Source: Thermodesulfobacteriota bacterium (lineage in GTDB: Bacteria; Desulfobacterota; Desulfobulbia; Desulfobulbales; SURF-16). From it: a stretch of 64,000 bases of DNA. The DNA is taken from assembly GCA_049323935.1 (NCBI GenBank), contig JBMONN010000037.1:63476-127475 (forward strand). Reading direction: 5' to 3'. Under the pieces are notes generated by a model. The model was not told where the DNA came from and ran no database searches. It saw only the letters and a list, made by a program, of their open reading frames with translations. Shown piece after piece: positions 22,818 to 31,868 of this stretch (position 1 is the stretch's first letter; every line of letters begins with the position of its first letter). The translations under genes were made by a program, and so were the position numbers.

Positions 22818-24071
22818 GTGGAACAGCACCTGCCGTTTCCCTGTGAACTGCTGGCCCCTGCCGGCAGCCTGGAAAAACTGAAGACCGTCATTGCCTACGG
22901 GGCGGACGCCGTCTATCTCGGCGCCAGGGACTACAGCCTCCGCGCCCATGCCGCCAATTTTTCCGTCGAAGAACTGCAGGAGGGCATCATGTTTGCCCAT
23001 GAGCGGGGAGCGCGGGTCTTTGCCGCGGTCAATATCTTTGCCCACAACCGGGATCTCGACGGCGTCGCCGCCTGCATCGGCGAGCTGGCCCGGTTCGGAG
23101 TGGACGGGCTTATCATCGCCGATCCGGGGGTGCTGCGCATTGCCCGCCGGGTGGCGCCGACCCTCTCGCTCCATCTCTCCACCCAGGCTAATGTCACCAA
23201 TGTGGAAGGCGGCCTCTTCTGGCAAGAACAGGGAGTCAGCCGGCTCAATCTCGCCCGGGAACTTTCACTCGCCGAGATCCGTGAAATGCGTGCAACCCTG
23301 TCCTGTAAACTCGAGGTCTTTATCCACGGCGCCCTCTGCATCTCTTACTCCGGCCGCTGCATGCTGAGCCTCTATCTGACCGGCCGGGACGCCAATCAGG
23401 GCAACTGTGCCCATCCCTGCCGATACGCCTATCAACTTCAGGAGGAAAAGCGGATCGGCCAGTTCTTTCCGGTGGAGGAGGACGGCCGCGGCACATATAT
23501 TTTCAACAGCAAAGATCTCTGCCTGATCAGACGCCTGCCGGAACTGCTCGCGGCCGGGGTGGATTCACTCAAAATCGAGGGCCGGATGAAGGGCATCTAT
23601 TACGCCGGCGGCATTGTCCGCGTCTATCGGGCCGCTCTCGATTATGTTCGGGCGGCGTTGCAGGCTGTCCCGGCGGCGGCCATCACCCTGCCGCCGCCTT
23701 TCATGGCGGAGATGGCCAAACTCGGCAGTCGCGGCTATACAGAGAATTTTTTTGCCGGCCCGCCCGGTGCGGATGACATGTGTTACAACGGCGCCCAAGT
23801 CGATCAGACCTACGGTCCGGCGGCCCTGATCCTGAGGGGCGGCGCCAGACCGTTTATCGATGTCCGCCACCGCATCATACCGGGCGACACCCTCGAGTAC
23901 ATGGGCCCGGGCATTGGCAATACCCCCTTCCGGGTGCTGACCCTGGAAACGCCGGAGGGACGGCCCTTGCCCCAGGCCAATCCGGGCAGCCGGGTGGTGC
24001 TGACCACGGACCGGGAGGCGGAGTGGCTGCCATACACCCTGATCCGGCGCACTCAACTCTCCGGCCCCTGA
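22818..24071 (+). CDS. Peptidase U32 family protein (RlhA/TrhP-type; probable RNA hydroxylation factor rather than protease)
   Basis: ELLAPAGSLEKLKTVIAYGADAVYLG and the U32 core motif E.FIHGALCISYSGRC. The start is uncertain: in-frame GTG 22818 gives the usual short N-terminus, with alternatives at ATG 22764 or 22701. Confidence 0.85.
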   Translation: MEQHLPFPCELLAPAGSLEKLKTVIAYGADAVYLGARDYSLRAHAANFSVEELQEGIMFAHERGARVFAAVNIFAHNRDLDGVAACIGELARFGVDGLIIADPGVLRIARRVAPTLSLHLSTQANVTNVEGGLFWQEQGVSRLNLARELSLAEIREMRATLSCKLEVFIHGALCISYSGRCMLSLYLTGRDANQGNCAHPCRYAYQLQEEKRIGQFFPVEEDGRGTYIFNSKDLCLIRRLPELLAAGVDSLKIEGRMKGIYYAGGIVRVYRAALDYVRAALQAVPAAAITLPPPFMAEMAKLGSRGYTENFFAGPPGADDMCYNGAQVDQTYGPAALILRGGARPFIDVRHRIIPGDTLEYMGPGIGNTPFRVLTLETPEGRPLPQANPGSRVVLTTDREAEWLPYTLIRRTQLSGP

Positions 24072-24117
24072 ACGGAAAGGGCCAGCAAGAAAAGAAGAAG
24101 AGACAACGAGAAAATTA

Positions 24118-24299
24118 AGAGCTTATCCACAAATAAGCTTTTCAGGGATCGCGCCGGATTTTGAGACGGATTTGACCGGGACGATTGAGCAAAACCGCAG
24201 GCGTAGCAGCGCTACGGCGAGGATTCTGCGATTGAGTAAAGGGCAAAGGTGGCCAAAAGCCGGATGCGAGCATCAAAGATTTATTTGTGAATAAGCTCT
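24118..24299. repeat. 182-bp element bounded by 19-bp near-perfect terminal inverted repeats (MITE-like element or structured RNA)
   Basis: AGAGCTTATCCACAAATAA (24118-24136) against the reverse complement of 24281-24299 (AGAGCTTATTCACAAATAA), with 1 mismatch. Imperfect complementarity extends about 30 nt further inward. If the ends are taken as GAGC.../...GCTC, TAA flanks both sides. There is an internal hairpin CGTAGC-agc-GCTACG and an internal direct repeat GATTGAG(c/t)AAA. Confidence 0.6.
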
Positions 24300-24553
24300 A
24301 AACTCAAGCCCGGGGCGACGGCAGTCATCCGCTCACAGGGAAAATGGACCACCCCGGCGACGAAAGGATCGCCATTTGCAAGACGACATTCCCATGCTGA
24401 TCACGACGAGCGGCCTGAAATCACTCTCGGTCCGGCAGGTTACCTTGGTGTACCGGTTTGCCGGATTGCTGGCCCGCTTTATCGGCTGGCGCCGTCGCCT
24501 CGGCACCGATCAGCACCGCCAGCTCCTCCGGGCTGACGCCCTCACCCGAGCGC

Positions 24554-25420
24554 TTACGGGGGGACCGACTGAGTCGCAATCGACGCATGCTGGACATGGT
24601 ACAGACCTGCCTTCCGGCCCGCCGTCGCCATCAGGGCCCCGGTCAGGACTGGTTGATTGCCGCTCATGGCCTCAAGAAAGCCGTTGTAGAGCAGGCGGTT
24701 GATCTCCCTGGGTATGCCGTTGCTGAGTCGATGGGCCTCAGTGTAGGCATCGCTGGTCAGGAGGGATGGAGAGGCGCCACATTTAAGGAGCCGAAACTTG
24801 ATGAACTGCTCTGTTTCCCGCTGCCGCAGGGGTTCAAGCTGCACGGCAAAGGTGATTCGGCTCCGCAGGGAGGCATAGGAGGGATGGGCCAGGCGCCGAC
24901 TCAGTCCTTTTTCGGCGATGAGCAGGACCGTGACAAGCTTTTCCTGTTCGGTTTCCAGGTTGGAGAGGGTGCGGAGGATATGGAGAGCATCGGCTTTCAG
25001 GAAATGGGCCTCGTCAATGACGATGACCAGACGCCTGCCGCTCTGGTAAAGAGCCAGGGCCGTTTCCTGCACCTGACGAAGAAGCTGATCGGCGTTTTTG
25101 GCCGCCTGCCGCCGCTCCGGGACGGCCTCGGCCAAGATGCGATCAAGAAGGGTTCCCTTGCCCATCTCCGGATAGACCGGCACAATCACTGTGGCGAAAC
25201 GCTCGCCCAGCTCACGCATCACCAGCTGGGAAAGCAGGGTTTTGCCGGTGCCGGAGACACCGCTGAGCAGGATAAGGGCGTGGCAGTCCTCGATGCCGAT
25301 GCGGAGCTTGACCAGGGCCTCTTCGTGCTGTCTGGTCCGGTAAAAAAGATCGGTGTTCAGGGTGTCCTTGAAGGGATTGCGGGAAAACCCGAATTTTTCT
25401 GCCCAGCCGGAAGAGCTCAT
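24554..25420 (-). CDS. ExeA/GspA/MshM-like AAA+ ATPase (AAA_22, COG3267-type)
   Basis: 288 aa with Walker A GVSGTGKTLL, Walker B LVIVIDEAH, and the family-typical N-terminus FGFSRNPFKDT. Confidence 0.8.
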   Translation of the reverse strand: MSSSGWAEKFGFSRNPFKDTLNTDLFYRTRQHEEALVKLRIGIEDCHALILLSGVSGTGKTLLSQLVMRELGERFATVIVPVYPEMGKGTLLDRILAEAVPERRQAAKNADQLLRQVQETALALYQSGRRLVIVIDEAHFLKADALHILRTLSNLETEQEKLVTVLLIAEKGLSRRLAHPSYASLRSRITFAVQLEPLRQRETEQFIKFRLLKCGASPSLLTSDAYTEAHRLSNGIPREINRLLYNGFLEAMSGNQPVLTGALMATAGRKAGLYHVQHASIATQSVPP

Positions 25421-26475
25421 GCGGTTTTCCTCTCCGGTGCCACGCTCCCGGGCCGAGCGGCGCGAATAAGATTGAGATAGCGCCCGAAGGAGGAGCTGCC
25501 GCGACCGCGGTCTGTCTCGCTGCGCAGGAGATTGCAGGCAATGGCCCGGGTGTTTTTGCTGACCCGGGACTCCGGTCGGTAGATCGCATGGGGGGTGCGC
25601 CGCGCCGACGCCAGCGACACGGTGGCATCCTTGAGGATATAGCCGCTGTTTATCACGGTACGATCGAGAAAATCCCGGGCGCAGGTGACAAAACGACGGG
25701 CCGCATCAGCCGCCTGTTTGAGAGTCGTAGCCATATTGACTACCAGATACAGGGGACGGCGAGGCATATTTTCCTGGTGCAACCCCTTCAGCAGGCCATA
25801 GGCATCGGTCAGCGAGGTGATGTCGGGCGTGATGACAAAGATGATTTCATCGGCGGCCATGAGAAAATCGCGCACGCCCCGCCCCATGCCCGCGCCGGTA
25901 TCGACGACGATGATGTCGGCCGCCTTTTCCAGCTCGACCAGCGCATCGATGACCCGCAACCGATCCTGTCGACTACTGTCGGCCAGAGAGAGCAGTCCAT
26001 TGCCGCCGGCAATGATGCCGATGCCTTCCGGTCCGGCTTCGATGATGTCCGCCAGTTCCGCCGTTCCCCGCATGAGATCGAGGAGGCAGTGGCGTGGGGT
26101 GATGCCGGCCAGCAGGTGGATGTTGGCGAGCCCCATGTCGCCATCGAGCACTACCGTCATTTTTCCCAGCCGCTGCCATTCCACCGCCAGGTTAAGGGCC
26201 AGGTTGGTTTTTCCCACCCCTCCCTTGCCGGAGGTAACAGCAATGACCCGGGCGCGGCAGGCGGCGACCGGCTGAGGCAAGGCGCCGGTATCGCTGCGGG
26301 CATGGATAGCGGCAAAGGCGGTAACGCTGGCCGGGGCAAAATAGAGTACCCCGCCCTGGAGAATCTTTTCGGGCAACGCGTCGCCGTATTCGGATTCGTA
26401 ATAGCGCAGCAGACTCTCCTCAAGCCCGGTGAGGCGGACCAGATCGTCTATGGTGAGCAGGCGGGAATCCATCAC
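25417..26475 (-). CDS. MinD/FlhG(FleN)-like P-loop ATPase with an N-terminal MerR-like HTH segment
   Basis: 352 aa. Deviant Walker A TSGKGGVGKTNLALNLA. The N-terminus LTIDDLVRLTGLEESLLRYYESEYG resembles a MerR-type HTH. ATGA overlaps on both sides. Confidence 0.75.
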   Translation of the reverse strand: MMDSRLLTIDDLVRLTGLEESLLRYYESEYGDALPEKILQGGVLYFAPASVTAFAAIHARSDTGALPQPVAACRARVIAVTSGKGGVGKTNLALNLAVEWQRLGKMTVVLDGDMGLANIHLLAGITPRHCLLDLMRGTAELADIIEAGPEGIGIIAGGNGLLSLADSSRQDRLRVIDALVELEKAADIIVVDTGAGMGRGVRDFLMAADEIIFVITPDITSLTDAYGLLKGLHQENMPRRPLYLVVNMATTLKQAADAARRFVTCARDFLDRTVINSGYILKDATVSLASARRTPHAIYRPESRVSKNTRAIACNLLRSETDRGRGSSSFGRYLNLIRAARPGSVAPERKTA

Positions 26476-29216
26476 GATGCCGCCGCCCGGCCTTCCCTGC
26501 CCTTGATGGCCCGGGCGATGGTGTCAAGCAACCGATCGAGGAGAAAGGGCTTTTTCAGGCAGGCAAAGGCCCCCTTGGCTGCAGTTTCCTGAATCTCGGC
26601 CATAGAGGCATGGCCGGTAATGATGATTACGGCGATGTTCGGATATTCCTGTTTGATGAATTTGAGCACCGCCAGCCCGTCCTTACGCGGCATGCGCAGA
26701 TCAAGCAGCACGACATCATATTTGTCCTGTCTCAGTTTTTCCAGGCCTTCCACTCCGTCATAAGCGCCGTCAACACTGTAGCCGGCGGCCCGCAAGGTTT
26801 CCTGTACCACGGAATTGAGCGATTCCTCGTCATCCACCACCAGAATCCGATGCCGTCCTTCGTCCGCCTTGGCCGCGTCCTCTTTTTTCCTGGTCTGGAG
26901 AATTTTTTTCATCTCCCGTAGGCGGTCGCTCTTATCCAGGGGCAAACGGACGATAAAAGTCGTGCCCTGGCCAGGCTCACTTTCCACCAGGAGGGAGCCT
27001 TTGTTGTGCTCCATGATAGTGTGAGAGACCGCCAGGCCGAGTCCGGATCCATCCCCTTCCATTCGGGTCGTGAAAAAGGGATCAAAGATCTTGGTCAGAT
27101 CCTGCGCGGCGATGCCATGGCCGCTGTCACGGACAAAAACATCGATATACTCGCTGACGGCAGGGGCGGAGATGGTCAGCCTGCCGCCCTCCGGCATGGC
27201 CTGGCAACTGTTGATGAACAGATTAAGAAAGACCTGCTCGATCTGCTGGGAATCAACCATGACCTGCGGTAGTTTGCCGGAGAGCTGGTTGTCCACCGTG
27301 ATGCTGGCCAGGGCGCCGCGGTTCTCCATCAGCCGCAACGCCTTTTTCACGACGTCCGCTACCGCGGTCGGGCCGAATTTCGGTTCGGTCGGCTTGGCAA
27401 AGGCCATCAGATTATTAACCACACTGGCGATCCGCTCTACCTGATCGGAGATTATTTCCAGCCTTTTGCCCGGTTCAAGGGTATCTGTCGGCAGCAGCCG
27501 CTTCAGCAGCTGGAGATTGAGGGAAACCACGGTCAGCGGGTTGTTGATCTCATGGGCCATGCCATAGGCAAGATGGCCGACCGTGGCCAGCCGGTGGGAA
27601 TGAAAGAGCTGTTGCTGTTGCTGTTCCATCCGCCGGGATGCCTCTGCCAGTTTTTTCGCCTGCACGGAAAGCGCCTGCTGGAGCAGCAGGCGATCAATGG
27701 CAGTGCCGGCGGCGGCGGCAAAGGCCTCAAAATTCTGGCGCAGACCGGTCATCCCGTTCCGGATGCAATCAGGACCGTCGCTGAAATCGATCAGCAGCTG
27801 CCCGAGCAGCGGCTCCTTGCGCCAGCGGGAATTCCGGTCCGCAACAAAAAAGGTGGCGAGAAATTTCGCCCCGGACAGCAGGCTGAACATGCGCGATTCG
27901 TCGATTCTGCCATGCACCAGATCGTGGGTAGCCTGCTCCAGCCGGTTTGCCGCCTCGATTTCGATGTCGCTGGTCGCATGGTTTTTGCGCCGGGCCATAT
28001 CGGCAAGAATGGAGGGTAGTTCGACCTGGTGAAAGACGTCCCGTTCAACAATGGCACCGATGAAACGGTGCGCTTTCGGATCACGGATCAGACAAAGCGC
28101 CCGCTCCACCTCAAAAGCCGCACACACCGAACGACAGACAATTTCCGCAGCCTCCCGCAGCGAGAGATCGGAATGGAGTTGCTCATGCATCTGACAGGTG
28201 GCGGAGAGGATGCGGTTGGTGGCGAAGAGATCCTGGTTGTTCTCTTCGAGCTGCAGGCTCATCCGGCCCAGGCTGACATTGGCCGTGCGCAGCAGCTGCC
28301 GGTATTCGTCTCTGTTCCAGAAACCGAGGATCTTGCAGACATCCTCCACCCTGGCATGGACACTCTCCATAATCTCCTGGAGATCAGGCCCGCTCAATCC
28401 ATGGAGACGGGCCAGATATTCGAGGGCGCGCCGAAAGGTGTCATGGCAGACCGGGCGCTCGGTGAGAAAGTAACTGGAGCCGACATTATGGGTGACGCAC
28501 AGGACATCGGCAAAACGGACAAGCTGAGGCAAATGGTCGGCATCCGGCGCGATCGGTTCGATGACCGGTTGGTGATGGAGCCACATGGAGCGGGTCAGGA
28601 TATCGGGGAATCCGTAGCGTTCACCAATCAGTTTGCCGACATCGATATGATCGAAACCGGCGATGAGCTGCTCGGTTTCCAAGGGGGTCAACACGCTGTC
28701 CGCAGCGCTGGTGGGCTGTTCGATCTCCTGGCAGATGCGGGAAAAGGTGTCGGGAAACTGCTGATAGCAGACGAGCTTGCCGAGATCATGAATCAGACCG
28801 CAGAGATAGGCCTCATCAGGGGAAGGGAAGTCGAGACGGCGGGCCAGGGCCTCGGCGGTGGCGGCGACGCCGATGGCATGCAGCCAGAAACGGACCAGTT
28901 TTTCCTCCTCCTGTTCAGTGGCGGCGGAAAAACTGTCAAAAATCGACACCGAGAGGATGATACTCCGCAAGGCATTGAAGCCGACCGCCGAGATGGCATG
29001 GGGAATGGTGGTGATTTCCCGTCTGGCGCCGACATGGACGGAATTGGCATAGCGGAGAATCTTGCCGGTAAGCACCTGATCGTTTTTCAGCAGCTCCGCC
29101 AGGGAATCAAAGGTGGAATTCTCGCCCTCCATGAGACGAATGGCCTCCATGGCCACCGAAGGCAGAGTGGGCAGGCTGTCGAGATTAAAGGAGCGGGTCA
29201 GAAAGTTTTCCGGCAT
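26472..29216 (-). CDS. Hybrid sensor histidine kinase: HDOD, GAF-like, HisKA, HATPase and REC domains
   Basis: 914 aa. HDOD N-terminus (LPTLPSVAMEAIRLM...LRYANS, LIHDLGKL), H-box GMAHEINNPL, G-boxes DSGHGI/GSGLGL, and a C-terminal receiver ILVVDDE...VLLDLRMPRKDG...KP. Confidence 0.85.
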   Translation of the reverse strand: MPENFLTRSFNLDSLPTLPSVAMEAIRLMEGENSTFDSLAELLKNDQVLTGKILRYANSVHVGARREITTIPHAISAVGFNALRSIILSVSIFDSFSAATEQEEEKLVRFWLHAIGVAATAEALARRLDFPSPDEAYLCGLIHDLGKLVCYQQFPDTFSRICQEIEQPTSAADSVLTPLETEQLIAGFDHIDVGKLIGERYGFPDILTRSMWLHHQPVIEPIAPDADHLPQLVRFADVLCVTHNVGSSYFLTERPVCHDTFRRALEYLARLHGLSGPDLQEIMESVHARVEDVCKILGFWNRDEYRQLLRTANVSLGRMSLQLEENNQDLFATNRILSATCQMHEQLHSDLSLREAAEIVCRSVCAAFEVERALCLIRDPKAHRFIGAIVERDVFHQVELPSILADMARRKNHATSDIEIEAANRLEQATHDLVHGRIDESRMFSLLSGAKFLATFFVADRNSRWRKEPLLGQLLIDFSDGPDCIRNGMTGLRQNFEAFAAAAGTAIDRLLLQQALSVQAKKLAEASRRMEQQQQQLFHSHRLATVGHLAYGMAHEINNPLTVVSLNLQLLKRLLPTDTLEPGKRLEIISDQVERIASVVNNLMAFAKPTEPKFGPTAVADVVKKALRLMENRGALASITVDNQLSGKLPQVMVDSQQIEQVFLNLFINSCQAMPEGGRLTISAPAVSEYIDVFVRDSGHGIAAQDLTKIFDPFFTTRMEGDGSGLGLAVSHTIMEHNKGSLLVESEPGQGTTFIVRLPLDKSDRLREMKKILQTRKKEDAAKADEGRHRILVVDDEESLNSVVQETLRAAGYSVDGAYDGVEGLEKLRQDKYDVVLLDLRMPRKDGLAVLKFIKQEYPNIAVIIITGHASMAEIQETAAKGAFACLKKPFLLDRLLDTIARAIKGREGRAAAS

Positions 29217-29402
29217 AACGAACAGGTCAGCGAGACTCTCCCGTTAGACATGAACGGGCAGGGCCGCCCGAAACACCCGAAGGCCATGATAACCGACCCA
29301 TGGCGGCCGCCTTCATGACCGTTTCCTTAACAGATCGCCCGCTATTCGATGGCGGGCTCGTTCTTTTCTGCTTCACCGACGGTGAAATTAGCGATTGATG
29401 GC

Positions 29403-29732
29403 TCATCCGCTGGTGCAGGCCTGATCCTGCTTGCCGCCGGCAGCGCCGAGAATATACTGGCGCGCCACCTTGACCCGAACATTGTCGGCGACCTCCAGGG
29501 TGACCACTGTGTCGGTCAGACCGGTGATCTTACCGTGCAGCCCGCCACCGGTGATGACTTCATCGCCTTTTTTCAGATTGGCGAGAAATTCCTGCTGGGC
29601 CTTGGCCTTTTTCTGCTGGGGCCGGATGAGCAGAAAATAAAAGACGACAAAAATGAGGATCATGGGCAGAAAGCCGGCCAAGGGGCTGGCCGCGGGAGCC
29701 GCAGCATCGGCGGCGTGGGCAAGTGTGGTCAT
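29403..29732 (-). CDS. yajC: Preprotein translocase subunit YajC
   Basis: 109 aa, MILIFVVFYFLLIRPQQKK...GDEVITGGGLHGKI. Located directly downstream of tgt. Confidence 0.9.
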   Translation of the reverse strand: MTTLAHAADAAAPAASPLAGFLPMILIFVVFYFLLIRPQQKKAKAQQEFLANLKKGDEVITGGGLHGKITGLTDTVVTLEVADNVRVKVARQYILGAAGGKQDQACTSG

Positions 29733-29830
29733 ATGAAGACTCCTTATCGTGTTATGCGAACATCGAATCCCGTGGGGTGCGGATGTTCATGGTGCAGGCA
29801 GTGCTGCGCAAATACGCGGTGCGAGTCTGC

Positions 29831-31659
<1,829 letters not shown>

Positions 31660-31868
31660 GGTCTTTTCGTTGTTTTCACTGGTGCCGCCGGTCCGGGCAC
31701 AATTGTATTTTTCTGTTGTGATGAAGAATTAATCCTGCCTTCCTGGACCAGGACATCGATCCTGATTGCAGAAAACGACATTTATGATAGGGTAGGTCGA
31801 TGCGGCGAAAAGGCCACGCCCCTCCGTGGTCCGACCCGATTAACGTGTCACTTTACCCTAATTTTGCC

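Noticed and set aside
24123-24294. Two DnaA-box matches (TTATCCACA and TGTGAATAA) considered as a replication origin.
   Set aside because: Only two boxes are present, and they are simply part of the element's inverted arms. There is no AT-rich unwinding region, no cluster of further boxes, and no dnaA/dnaN nearby. I kept this only as a minor alternative reading of the IR element.
29337-29370. GC hairpin GCCCGC-n9-GCGGGC followed by TCGTTCTTTTCT, considered as the yajC terminator.
   Set aside because: The T-rich tail is on the plus strand while yajC is on the minus strand, and no plus-strand gene ends here. I only mention it under the synteny-break finding.
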